From Stegostoma tigrinum (taxonomy: Eukaryota), in NCBI RefSeq assembly GCF_030684315.1, contig NC_081362.1, positions 54,463,744-54,527,743 of the forward strand: DNA of 64,000 bases, read 5' to 3'. A program made the translations under genes and the position numbers. The notes below the pieces were generated by a model. It did no database searches. It was not told the DNA's origin and saw only the letters and a program-made list of their open reading frames with translations. Positions 13,160 to 24,724 of the stretch are shown here, in pieces. Positions within the stretch are counted from its first letter, which is position 1. Each line of letters opens with the position of its first letter.

Positions 13160-13502
13160 TACAGAAAGGTTGTAATTGCAGTACAAATGTTATTGAGCAG
13201 ATTTATGAGGATATTGCCAGGAGTGAGAAATTGCAGTAATGAGGAACAATTGGATAGGCTGAAGTCGCTTTACTTTGAAATAATAGGCTGAGGGGTGATT
13301 TGACTGATGTGTACAGGGTGAGTTAGTGGATGCAAAAGCCTATTTTTCTTAGTAGAGGGGCTATTGATTAAGAGTCATATGTTTAAATTAATTGTTAGGA
13401 GAATTAGAGGGTAGATGAGGAGATAGCTCTCCACCCAGAAGGTGCTAGGGGTCTGGAATTCACTGCCTGAAAGGGCGGTAGAGGCAGAAACTGTCATCTC
13501 AT
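13160..13502 (+). mobile_element. Old CR1 RT C-terminal fragment
   Basis: VWNSLPERAVEAET motif. Confidence 0.7.
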
Positions 13503-14632
13503 TTAGGGCACATGGTACTGGGGGCAAAATACTGAGTTGGATTGAAAATTGGCTGGCTGACAAAGCAAAGAGTAGTGATAAACGGGTCCCTTTCGGAATG
13601 GCAGGCGGTGACCAGTGGGGTACCACAAGGTTAGGTGCTGGGACCGCAGCTGTTTACGATATATATTAATGATATAGACGAGGGCATTAAAAGTAATATT
13701 AGCAAATTTGCTGATGACACAAAGTTGGGTGGCAGTGTGAAATGTGAGGAGGATGTTATGAGAATACAGGGTGACTTGGACAGGCTAGGTGAGTGGACGG
13801 GTGCTTGGCAGATGCAGTTTAGTGTGGATAAATGTGCGGTTATACACTTTGGCGGCAAGAACAGGAAGGCAGATTACGATCTCAATGAAGTCAAGTTAGG
13901 TAAAGGGGAAGTACAACGAGATCTAGGTGTTCTTGTACATCAGTCAATGAAAGCAAGCATGCAGGTAGAGCAGGCAGTGAAGAAAGCTAATAGCATGCTG
14001 GTCTTCATAACAAGAGGAATTGAGTATAGGAGCAAGCAGGTCCTTCTGCAGCTGTACAGGGCCCTGGTGAGACCGTACCTGGAGTACTGTGTGCAGGTTT
14101 GGTCTCCAAATTTGAGGAAGGACACTCTTGCTATTGAGGGAGTGCAGCGTAGGTTCACGAGGTCAATTCCCAGAATGGCGGGCCTATCATATATTGTAAG
14201 ATTGGAGCGACTGGGCTTGTATACACTTGAGTTTAGAAGAATGAGAGGGGATCTGATTGAGGCGTATAAGATTATTAAGGGATTGGACACTCTGGAGGCA
14301 GGAAGCATGTTTCCGCTGATGGGCAAGTCCAGAACCAGAGGACACAGTTTAAAAATAAGGGGTAGGCCATTTAGAACAGAACTGAGGAGAAACTTCTTCA
14401 CCCAGAGAGTGGTGGATATATGGAATGCTCTGCCCCAGAAGGCAGTGGAGGCCAACTCTCTGGATAGTTTCAAGAAAGAGATAGATAAAGCTCTTAAAGA
14501 TAGTGGAATCAAGGGTTATGGGGATAAGGCAGGAACAGGATACTGATTGTGGATGATCGGCCATGATCATAATGAATGGTGCTGGCTCGAAGGGCCGAAT
14601 GGCCTACCCCAGCACCTATTGTCTATTGTCTA
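13503..14632 (+). mobile_element. Young 5'-truncated CR1 LINE; RT C-terminal ORF 13635-14546 intact
   Basis: 303-aa open frame LGPQLFTIYINDID..KFADDTKLGG..LYRALVRPYLEYCVQVWSP..RNFFTQRVVDIWNALP. 3' UTR ends in a ctattgt repeat tail. Frameshift near 13565. Confidence 0.95.
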
Positions 14633-14634
14633 TA

Positions 14635-16330
14635 ACTCATCTATGCCAACCAAATATCCTAGATAAATCCAGTCCTATTTGCCAGTATTTGGCCCATTTC
14701 CCTGTAAACCCTTGCTATTCTTACACCCATACAGATGCCTTTTTAAAGGTTGAAATAGTACCAGTCTCCACTGCTTCTTCTGGCAGCTCATTCCATACAT
14801 GCACCACCTTCTGCAAGAATAAGTTCCCCCATAAGTCCCTTTTAAATCTTTCCCCTCTCACCATAAGCCTTTGCCCTCTCGCTTTTGACTCCCCACCCCA
14901 GGGAAAAGACCTTGTCTATTTACCCTATCCATTCTTCTCATAATTTTATAAACTTTTACAAAGTCACTCCTCAGCCTTTGACATTCCAAGGTAAATAGCC
15001 TAGCTTATTCAGCCTCTCCCTATAGCTTAAGCCCGCCAATCCTAGCAACATCCTTGTAAATCTTTTCTGAAACCTTTCAAGTTTCATAACATCCTTCCTA
15101 TAGCAGGGTGACCAGAAATGCACACAGTCTTCCAAAAGTGGCCTAAACTAATCTCCTGTACAGCCGCAGGATGACCTTCTAACTCCTGTGCTCAATGAAC
15201 CGACTAATAAATCAAGCATGTTAAATACCGCCTTCGCTACCGCATCTACCTGCAACTCCACTTCCAAGGAACTATGATGCTGCTCTCCAAGTTCTCTTTG
15301 TTCAGCAACATTCCCCGGGACCTTACTATTATGTGTTTAAGCCCTGCCCTGATTTGCCTTTCCAAAATGCACCACCTCACCTTTATCTAAATTAAACTCC
15401 ATCTGCCACCTATTGGCTCATTTGATCAAGATCTCGTTGTCATCTGAGTTAACCTTTTTCACTGTCCACTACAGCTCCAATTTTGGTGTCATCTGCAGAC
15501 ATATTAACCATGTTCACATCCAAATCACTTGTAAATAATGAAGAGCAGTGGACCCAGCACCAATCCTTGTGACACACCACTGGTCACAAGCCTCCAGTCT
15601 GAAAAGACACCCTCCACCACCACCCACTATCTTCCACCTTCAAGCCAGTTCTGTATCCAGATGGCTAGTTCTCCCTGTATTCCATGTGATCTAACTTTAC
15701 CAACCATCTGCCATGAGGAACCTTGTCGATCGTCTTACCGAAGTCCATTTAGATCATGTCCACTGCCCTGTGCACATCAGTCCTCAGTTACTACTTTAAA
15801 AAATTGTCATGTTAGTGAGGCATGACTTCCCATGCACGTAGCCCTATTGACTACTCCTAATTAGCCCTTGTCTTTCCAAATACATGTAAATCCTGTCCCT
15901 CAGCACTCTCTCCCACAGCTTGTGCACCACCAATGTCAAGCTCACTGATCTGTAGCTCTCTGGCTTTTCCTTACCACCTTTCTTAAATAATAGCACTATC
16001 CGGCACCTCATCTGTGACTATTGATGATACAAAGATCTTAGCAAGGGGCCCAGCGATCATTTCTCTAGCTTCCCATAGTGTTCTAGGGTACAGCTGGTCA
16101 AGTCCTGGGGATTTAACCACCTTTATGTTTTAAGACATCCTGCACCACCATTTTCTAATATGGACATTTTTCAAGATATTGCCATCTATTTCTCCACGTT
16201 CTACATCTTCCATAACCTCCACAGTAAACAAATGTGAAATACTGATTTGGTATCTTCCCCCATCTCCTGCGGTTCCCCACATGGGCGGCCCTGCTGATCT
16301 TTAAGGGGCTCTGTTCTCTCCTAGTTACCT
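14635..16330 (-). mobile_element. CR1 LINE, 5'-truncated
   Basis: Minus-strand RT (gtctgcagatgacaccaaaattgg = SADDTKI; ggtgctgggtccactgc) running to the 3' end near 14635. Confidence 0.88.
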
Positions 16331-16339
16331 TTTTTTGTT

Positions 16340-17392
16340 GACGGAATTCTGAGAGAGAAGATCTACATGCATTTGGAGAGACAAGGACTGATTAGGGACA
16401 GTCACTGAGTTTTGTTCAGACTGAAGGCCTGTGACCAGCAGTGTGCCACGAGGATCAGTGCTGGATCTGCTGTTCGTCATTTATATAAACGATTTGGATG
16501 TGAATATAGGAGGCATGGTTAGTAAGTTTGCAGATGAAATCATAATTCCTGACATAGTAAATAGTGAAGAAGGTTATCTAAGAATACAATGGGATCATTA
16601 AGAAACTGGACTAGTGGGCTGAGGAATGGCAAATGGAGTTTAATTCAGATAGACAAGACTTGCACAATTGACGGTAGGGTCCTGGGGTGTGTTGTCAAGG
16701 AGAGCGACAAAAGTGTGCAGGTTGCATAGTTCCTTAAAACTGGCATAACGGATAGATAATGTGCTAAAGAAGGCATTTGATGCACTTGCCTTCAGTCAGA
16801 GCACTGAATACAGGAGTTAGGACATAATGTAACGACTGTACAAGAGATTGGTAAGGCCATGTTTGGAGCACTGGTACAATTCTGGTTGCCCTACTGTAGG
16901 AAGGGTATTATTAAATTGGATAGCTTGCAAAAAACTCTTACAAGGATGATATGAGAAGGTTTGAGTTATAATGAGAGGCTGGGTAGGCTGCGACTTTTAT
17001 CCCTGGAGAGTAGGAGGCTAAGTGATGACCTTTATAGAGGTTTATGAAATCATAAGGGGATAGATAAGATGAATAGCCAATGTCTTTTTCTCAGGGTAGG
17101 GGAGTCCAAAACTAGAGGACATAGGTTTAAGGGTGAGAGGGGAAAGACTTAAAAGGGACCCAAGGGGCAACCTTTTCATACTGAGGATAGTGCATAAAAG
17201 GAACAAGTTGCAGACGAAATGTTAAATACAGGAATAGTTACAACATTGAAAAGACATTTGGACAAGTACATGGATTGGAAACGTTTAGAGGGATAGAGGC
17301 CAAATGCAAGCAAATGGGACTAGTTCACTTTAGGAAACCTGGTTGGCATGGATGAGTTGGGCCTAAGGGTCTGTTTCGCTGCAGTATGACTG
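16340..17392 (+). mobile_element. CR1 LINE, 5'-truncated, similar to 14635-16330
   Basis: gtgtgccacgaggatcagtgctgg..ataaacgatttggatg..aagtttgcagatga; tail gggcctaagggtctgtttcgctgcagtatgac. Confidence 0.88.
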
Positions 17393-17409
17393 ATTTAAAT
17401 AGGCCTGAA

Positions 17410-18125
17410 TGGTGAGAAGATGTAAAGAGCCATCAGGATGACTTAGACAAGTTGAGGGAGTGGGGAAAATGTGTAGCAAATGCAGAGTAACGTGGAAAAA
17501 TGTGAAGTTTCTCACTTCAGTAGGAAAAACAGAATAGTAGTATTATTTAAATATTGGAATTTTCACCGTGAGCATTGAAAGCAAGCATGAAGGTGCAACA
17601 GGCAGTTAAGGCCTGTGGCATTTTGGCCTTTATAGCAAAAGAGTTTAAATTCAGGAGCAAGAGGACTCTTTGCAGCTGTACTTTGCCTCAGTGAGATGAT
17701 ACTTGGAGTATTGTGTACTGTTTTTTGGTCTCTTTAACAAAGCAATTAAATGCATACCATAGAGTAGATGTAGCGAAGGTTCGCCAGACTGATTACTGGG
17801 ATGTGATAATGGGAACTGCAGATGCTGGAGAATCCAAGATAATAAAGTGTGAAGCTAGATGAACACAGCAGGCCAAGCAGCATTTCAGGAGCACAAAAGC
17901 TGACGTTTCGGGCCTAGATCCTTCACCAGAGAGGGCCCTCTCTGGTGAAGGGTCTAGGCCCGAAACGTTAGCTTTTGTGCTCCTGAGATGCTGCTTGGCC
18001 TGCTGTGTTCATCCAGCTTCACACTTTATTATCTTTGATTACTGGGAAGGCTGGTTTGCTGTATGAAGAGAATTTGGGTCAACTGGGCCTGTATTCACTG
18101 GAGTTTAGAAGAATGAGGGGAGGAC
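17410..18125 (+). mobile_element. Decayed CR1 RT fragment hosting a hairpin element
   Basis: LLYEENLGQLGLYSLEFRRMRG continues after the insertion. Confidence 0.8.
17802..18035 (-). mobile_element. Penelope-derived hairpin element (inverted pLTR arms)
   Basis: Perfect centre cttcaccagagaggg|ccctctctggtgaag (axis 17935/17936). TSD tgattactggga at 17790-17801 and 18036-18047. Confidence 0.88.
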
Positions 18126-18464
18126 ATTTTTCATATAAAGTATTAGATTTAGTCCAGCTCTATTACATTGCCATTCAATGTATTCTTGAAGGTAAACATG
18201 AAACCTACTAAATGTATTTTTCAAGTAAGGCTAATCAATGTAGAATTTCAAAACTCTTGGTGACATAGATTTACAACATGTTTATTCCTTTTCCAATGGA
18301 TGAACATCTCCAGTGTGTCACTAGTTTTGTGAAGGGAGAGATAATGTCACCAATTTCTTTTGTTCTTCCTTCTGTTGATTGGGAAAGCCAAACTACGAGA
18401 GTGTAAGATTCTTAAGTGTGACTGGTTTTAAAGTAATCGCCCTGGGAAGCTCTATTCCTGAGAG

Positions 18465-18662
18465 TAAAGATAGGAATTACTGGAAATATTCAGCATATCT
18501 GATGATATCTGACAGTATCTATAAGAGAGATGATGTTGTTCTGATAAAAGGTTGTTGATCTGAATGTTAAATGTTTTTCTCTCCACAGATACTGCCAAAT
18601 CTATTTCCAGCATTTTCAGTTTTCATTTCATAACTCCAGTATTTACAGTATTTTGCTTTTGT
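18465..18662 (+). mobile_element. Older Penelope-derived hairpin element (third family), decayed
   Basis: Left attactggaaatattcagc..tctgacagtatctataagagaga versus right tctctccacagatactgcca..tttccagcattttc. Central ctgataa..gaatgttaa hammerhead-like remnant; extra tail on the right. Homologous to 36983-37095. Confidence 0.6.
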
Positions 18663-19234
18663 GCTTTTAGAAATCTCCTTTTGAACCTTTAATTCTTTGG
18701 AACCAAATGATCTGAGAATTGGAAGGGTTAAATAGCAAATGAATGTGAAATTGAAGCAAGAGTAATAGTCAATATCCATCTGAAGAGAGTAATTATTGTC
18801 TTGAGTTTACTTGCACTTTGAAAATCATCCTAATTTAAAATATGTTAAATGCTTTTCTGTTCCAGGTCAGAAAAGTTCACTGAGAGACTGCCTGTACCTA
18901 TGTTTGTAAAGGGACGGAATTAATGTAGTTTTTCAAATCTCTAATCTCTCCATCTTCCTACCTTTTGTGATTATCTGGTGTTTACATGAACATAACTGAT
19001 TATGCATTTCTGATTAAACTGTTGCTTATTGCAGTTAAAACTGACGTAAATAGTTGACTCAAATAATCCTCAAAAAGCTTCACCTGTGGATAATTTATAA
19101 AGCACAACATTCCAAAATGAGATCACAATTTTAGATATTTGCTGTTGTATTTTCCCTCCCTGGGGATTTGTCAAATATTTTCGTTGATCTAAATGTTCCC
19201 CACAGTTGAAGTTAGAAATGTTAAAGCATTATTC

Positions 19235-19578
19235 TTTTATGGATGTTGGCATCATTGGAGAGTCCAGCATTTATTGCCCATTCCTAATTTTTGAATAGTT
19301 AAGAGTCAATAACACTGCTGTCATATGTAGGCTAGATTAGGACAGGATGACAGGTTTCCTTCCCTAAAGGGCATCAGTGAACCAGACAGGGTTTTTATTT
19401 TTATAGTCATCAGTGATTGCTTCATGGTCACTATTACTGAATCTAGTTTTTGGTTCCAGATTTTATTATTTGAAATTAAATTCCACCAAATGCTGTGATA
19501 GGGAACAAGTTCAAATCCTGAGTGTCAGCCTGCACTTCTGTTTTTCTAGTCCTGTGACATTAGAGTATGCCACCATTT
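19235..19578 (-). mobile_element. tRNA-derived SINE sharing its tail with the second LINE family
   Basis: Reverse complement of 19765-20230; tail ccagcatttattgccc also ends the LINE at 41170-42195. Confidence 0.7.
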
Positions 19579-19764
19579 GGTTAGATAATGAGCATTTTCT
19601 GGAGATCTTTTCAGGTTCTGAATCTGCTTGTCAGGGTCACAACATGAACACTGATTTGTGGACAGGTGATCAAAATTAGAAATACTTACTGTAACTTCAT
19701 TGCTTGTTAAGTCCTATGACCCATCATCAGTTTTCATTTTCACATAGCTGTGTTACAAATTATT

Positions 19765-20235
19765 AGGTGCAGTAGGATTATGATTATACTACTGGATGAA
19801 TAATCCAGTGGTTTCATCTAGTGATCAGGAGACATGAATTCAAATCCCATGCTGGAATTTAATTTGGTGCGTTAAATTAAAACAATTGTCATGAGAAATA
19901 CTCATACCAGGACAAACAGCCATGAAACTACAGAGCTGTCATTTTTTAGAAATAAGTATTTGGTTAAAAAAAAGTTCCAGAATAATAATCTGATTTAATG
20001 GTGACAATGTAACCTGTTGATTCTCATAAAAACCTACCTGCTTCACTAATGTCCTTTTAGAGAAGGAAGTCAGTTATCCTTATCTGATCCGACCTGACCT
20101 GACCTGACCTGACCTGACCTGACCTACATGTGACTCCAGATGTGTGGCAAATTAGTTGACTCTTAACTGCGTTCTGGACAATTGGGGATAGACAGAAATT
20201 CTCTAGTCAGTGACATTGATGTCCCAGGAATTAAT
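19765..20235 (+). mobile_element. Same SINE family, with an internal microsatellite
   Basis: B-box-like gaattcaaatccc; cttcactaatgtcctttta..acatgtgactccaga..gttgactcttaactgc. Confidence 0.7.
20091..20125 (+). repeat. (GACCT)7 pentanucleotide microsatellite
   Basis: Seven perfect units seen directly. Confidence 0.95.
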
Positions 20236-20671
20236 TTTTAAAGATCTTTATAATTAGAAACTCCTATGAACATAGAATTCTATGTGCAAAGCCATCCGTA
20301 GCAGAAACAGTTTATAATAGTGAGACCAAGCATTTTCTGAAAAAAAGTAAGCTTTAGTCAATATGAGAGTTTATTTGGTCTTTAACAGAAAACAGTACAA
20401 TCAGCAAAGTGGTTTTTTCCATGTTATTGTCCAAGATTTGATATGCTTTTTCCTCTGTTTACCTCCTACTTTTGCAGACTAAAGCAATCAACTTGAGAAC
20501 AGTGGCCTTTGAAACATATCACCTTGTCTTTAAAGGCAGGTCATTGTTCTCGTAAAGTTATGTCTGTCAATTTTTGATTTTTCATCATTTACTCTCCTCA
20601 CTGACTGAGCCAAAAACACACAGATCAAGAGAACTCTGAATGCACTTGAGAAGCTGTTCTCCTCTGTCCTG

Positions 20672-20762
20672 TGCTTTTCTGCGCCTCTGATGCTGCCTGG
20701 CCTGTTGTGTCCCTCCAGCTCCACACCGTGTTATCTCTGACTTCAGTATCGGCAGTTCTTCC
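20672..20762 (+). mobile_element. Partial Penelope pLTR arm (10843-type)
   Basis: cctctgatgctgcctggcctgttgtgtccctccagctccacaccgtgttatctctgacttcagtatcggcagttc. Confidence 0.7.
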
Positions 20763-21414
20763 TAAACTATCTCTGATAGTGAACCAGGTTTCTTTTAAAC
20801 AACAGATCATAACTTTGTGCTTGTCTTCTTTTGCCTAGTAACACAAGAGATATAAATATAGGTGTTTCTGTCCATTTTTATAGCTGGGGTTTTCCTGGAA
20901 CAGATCACTAACCTGTCACTGGAGACTATATCTTTCGTCACACACTCTACAGGCTTGGCTGACCAAGAGACTGTCCTGTTCTCGTGACCTACATATGAGA
21001 TTTGTAGGTTGATAACCAGGAAACTTGTTACTGTTACTTGGTCTGGCCAATATGTGACTCTGGCATATGTGGTTGTCTTTTAACCACCCTCTGAAGTGGC
21101 TTCACAGTCCTGTCAGTTGTATCCAAACTCCTAATTTTCTCAGGGCAACTCAGTATAGGCAATTAATGTAAGTTTTACCAGATATATCACCCTTCAGAAA
21201 ATGACTTAGTGAAAAAGAGACTTTTGGTGCTGAAAGTATTTAACATGATCTTAAAACCAAACAACTAGGCAACTTGTTCGTAATATCCTACCTGCACTGC
21301 CTTCAGCCTAGAATAAAGATTGTCTGGTTTTTACACTCCCTAGCCAGTGGATTTGAAGGCAAGAGGCAAAGAGCAAAGAATAATGCAGTTAGTGGCTCAT
21401 AAAATATACATACA

Positions 21415-22200
21415 GGCAGAGAATTAGACTGTTTGGCCCATTGAGTGAGCTCTACCATTCATTTGTGCCTGATACATTTCTCAACTTCATTCTCCTGCCT
21501 TCTCTCCATCGCCTTTTGATTCCTTTACTATCAAGAACCTATCTATCACTGTCTTAAACACACTCAATAACTTGGCTTCCACAGCCTTCTATGGCAAAAG
21601 TTCCACAGATTCACCATGCTCTTATCTTGACATGAATCGCCCAACTAGGCAAGCAAAACACCATGCAGGACTCTTGATCCTGCCTATAAATGATGCTATC
21701 TAAAGCTATAAACACCAAATCCCCTGACCACTATTGTGTTTCTTTTTGCTCTCGATGTTTGGTTGGTCAGTTTTCCCATCTTTCCTACAGTCCTCTTGCT
21801 CATCCACACAGGCAACAAGTATCTCATAGCTGCTGGACAAGCTGAGGCTATTCCAATGCTAAATTCAGGATCTCTCCACCTGCCTTACTTATAAAATGGC
21901 CTGACTGTTGCTTACCCATCTGACCTGTCCTCCCCACTGCTCCCTCATTACTTAAGTGTCTGGAGTCAAGTGTAGACCAGGATAGTACATTTTGTTTCCA
22001 ATTCCAGTAATATCAGGTGATCAATCCACCAGTGGGCCAGTTGAAGCTGCAAGTTAACCAGCAATGGGAAAGTCTTCTGCCAAATGGCTAAGCCAACAGA
22101 TTTTCCTTCCTTGATGGCAGATGAAATGCTCCCTTCCCTTAATGGGATCCCTGAACCGCAGTGGAGCAGACATTCTCCTGATCTACTTTTCCACATCCAC
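21415..22200 (-). mobile_element. CR1 3'-end fragment plus ORF1-region fragment
   Basis: CR1 tail (ttggcccattgagtgagctctaccattc..cttccacagccttctatggc), then esterase-region-like sequence. Confidence 0.55.
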
Positions 22201-22597
22201 CTTGTTAGGCAGGGGTACAGCGACTACAGTGTTACATGAAATCAAAGCCCATGTTTTTGAATGGGCTGTAATGATGAGGGGAAGTGCAAGTGTAGGACTG
22301 AGTTGCTCTTACAGAGAAGTGGCATGGGCACAATGTCAAATGGCACTTCCCGTGCTGTAACCATTCTATGAATTTTAAAGAAGGTGTTAATTGTAAGAGA
22401 TTATGAACAAGTTGACACTCTATATACACAATTGAATTTCACCAAATGACAGCCGTTTGACAGAACTGTGACTATTTTTGGTCAGAACAAATTATCCACA
22501 GTGTACATGCATCTTTCCCCCCTTAGTAATTATATCGAGGACCACATATGTACAGGAAAGAAAGTGCTTATTTTTTTTTTTAATCTGTTTTGTGTAG

Positions 22598-22724
22598 TGG
22601 AAAAACAAAGAGGCCTCCAGTGGGTTATAGATATTACCATCGCATATCACAAAGCAAAGCCAATAGACATTCAGACTTGGATAATTGGCTACAGAGAACC
22701 AACAGTCACACATGTACACTACAG
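22598..22724 (+). CDS. LPGAT1: LPGAT1 (lysophosphatidylglycerol acyltransferase 1) internal coding exon, third from last, 127 bp
   Basis: Polypyrimidine tract then tgtgtAG acceptor ending at 22597; donor AG|GTAAGT after 22724. Translates (x)EKQRGLQWVIDITIAYHKAKPIDIQTWIIGYREPTVTHVHYR, matching recalled vertebrate LPGAT1 KGLQWIIDTTIAYPKAEPIDIQTWILGYRKPTVTHVHYR. Phase 1 in, phase 2 out. Confidence 0.96.
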
Positions 22725-22929
22725 GTAAGTCATGTTGTTTCTGTTAAATCTTTAACTGAATACATGTACTCTCTTTTACCAGTGGCCAGTTGAGAAACTG
22801 AACTGATTTACATTGGGATTATGTACTTAGTGGAGTACAAGAGGGACTGATTTTGTTTTGATTGCATTCCCTTGTCACTGTAAATTATTGCCTTCTCTCC
22901 CCTACTAATTCTTCTTCTTTGGACCAAAC

Positions 22930-24130
22930 CTGTCACTAAGATTGAGAGACAAAGTAAAGGGAACTATACCAAAGTGTACATGGCGTTTGTAATAAGGTAG
23001 ATTATTTAAAGGCAAAGTAGATGAAATTGGGTGTGATCTAATCACCATTATTGATAACATGCCTGCAGTGTGACCAAGGAATATTTGACAATTAGAAAAT
23101 ACAGGCATAAAGGAAGAGCAGGTAGTGACAAGCTAATGATTAAGAATAGGATCAAAATGTTAGAGAGGAAAGATCTCCAATCGAAAGAACAAAATGCGGA
23201 ACCTGTTACAATGGAGCTAAGGGGCAGCAAACACTGGTAGGAGTTATTTATAGGCCATCAAATAGTTGCGTCAGTATGGGTCATGGTTTTAGTCAGGAGA
23301 TTAGAGAAACATGTGGCACAAGTAATACGGGTATCATGGGTGAGTTCAGTCTGTGTATAGATTGGATAAACCTAATGAGCAGGTATGATAGAGATAATGG
23401 GAACTGCAGATGCTGGAGAATCCAAGACAACAAAATGTGAGGCTGGATGAACACAGCAGGCCAAGCAGCATCTCAGGAGCACAAAAGCTGACGTTTCGGG
23501 CCTAGACCCTTCATCCTCGGATGAAGGGTCTAGGCCCGAAACGTCAGCTTTTGTGCTCCTGAGATGCTGCTTGGCCTGCTGTGTTCATCCAGCCTCACAT
23601 TTTGTTGTCTTGAGCAGGTATGATGTTGTGGATGACTTTCTAGAGTGTAGGGATTGTTTGTAGAGCAGTATACGGAGAAAAATTCCCGTGTGCAAGCTAT
23701 TTTAGATCTAGTACTAAGAAATGTAAAAGGCCTAATTAATAATTTTGTTGCAAACGAACCTTTATAGAAAATGAAATCATACAGTGCAGAAGAGGCCCTT
23801 CAGCCCATCAAGTCTACATTGACATGTGAGAAAGACCTGACCTTTAACCTAATCCTATTTACCTACACTTGGCCTGTAGCCTTGAATTGCCAAGGGGATA
23901 AATGAGCAAAATATGATATAGAATTTTACATTAGAACAAAGAAAATTGTGAATGTATGAGGAGCAAATTGATTGAAATAGATTGGATAAATACATTAAAA
24001 ATATGACAGTGCATGGGCAATGATTTTTTTTAAAAGAATGAGTGCATAGTTTAGAGCAATTCTATGTTCCTTTAGGGCACAAAAACCCAAAAAAGCAGTC
24101 AGCTGTGGCTAACAAGGGAAATTTAGGATT
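22930..24130 (+). mobile_element. CR1 endonuclease-region fragment starting ~200 bp after the LPGAT1 exon
   Basis: tgtgatctaatcaccattattgataacatg..ggagttatttataggcc..atcatgggtgagttc..gctattttagatctagtac. Interrupted at 23390 and ~23765. Confidence 0.75.
23390..23610 (-). mobile_element. Penelope-derived hairpin element
   Basis: Arms of ~92 bp that are perfectly complementary by eye around a 2-nt loop (23517-23518). Perfect TSD tgagcaggtatgat at 23376-23389 and 23611-23624. Confidence 0.92.
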
Positions 24131-24724
24131 GTATAATGTTTTGACACAAATCAGCCTTTCTAATTCTGTATTTGCAGCGCAGTAAAATTAAAACCTTCAA
24201 AGACTCTCGAAATCGACCTCAATGGTGTCTGACCAGACTTATGAGTAAAAAATCCCAGAGTGTGTGAACAATACATTCTGGACTGCAGTTTTTATCTTAA
24301 ACAAAAAATTTAGTAATTTATTAGTGGTATAGTAACGTTAGCAGAGCAAAAATTAAGCAACAAAACAATTTTTAATTGGACTATTCCATAAATCCCAAAG
24401 TCTTTGTTTTCATCCCAATTCAGACAAAAGACAGACAAACCAGTTAAGGAATAAATAAAATAGCAAAACTGGCCAGATTACTTGAGTAGTTTTCATGATG
24501 TGTCGTTCCACAAACATTAGATGGTTACTTTATTGATTTTCTGAACATGTCAATCAACGTCACTTTACAGTGCACTCGGGTCAAGCCATAATACATATAA
24601 CTTGGTTTTCTATTCTTTGAACTTCCCAAAGCTGATGAGGAAGGTTAGGCATGGAGCTTTCCAATGTTCATGCTTTTGCATCTGCATCCAGGTTCCCTTT
24701 TACCCCAGAAAACACAGTCCAAAA

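Noticed and set aside
13940-14512. 190-aa antisense ORF
   Set aside because: Shadow frame of the CR1 RT; no independent support.
13635-14546. 303-aa ORF as a host gene
   Set aside because: It is CR1 reverse-transcriptase C-terminus, 5'-truncated, with a LINE tail.
1-22597. Upstream LPGAT1 exons (NHQ and FPEGG acyltransferase motifs)
   Set aside because: Not found in the ORF track or by eye. They probably lie upstream of the window, making this intron longer than 22 kb.
24135-24720. Possible LTR fragment within CR1
   Set aside because: Non-CR1 insert, but termini and TSD cannot be established by eye.
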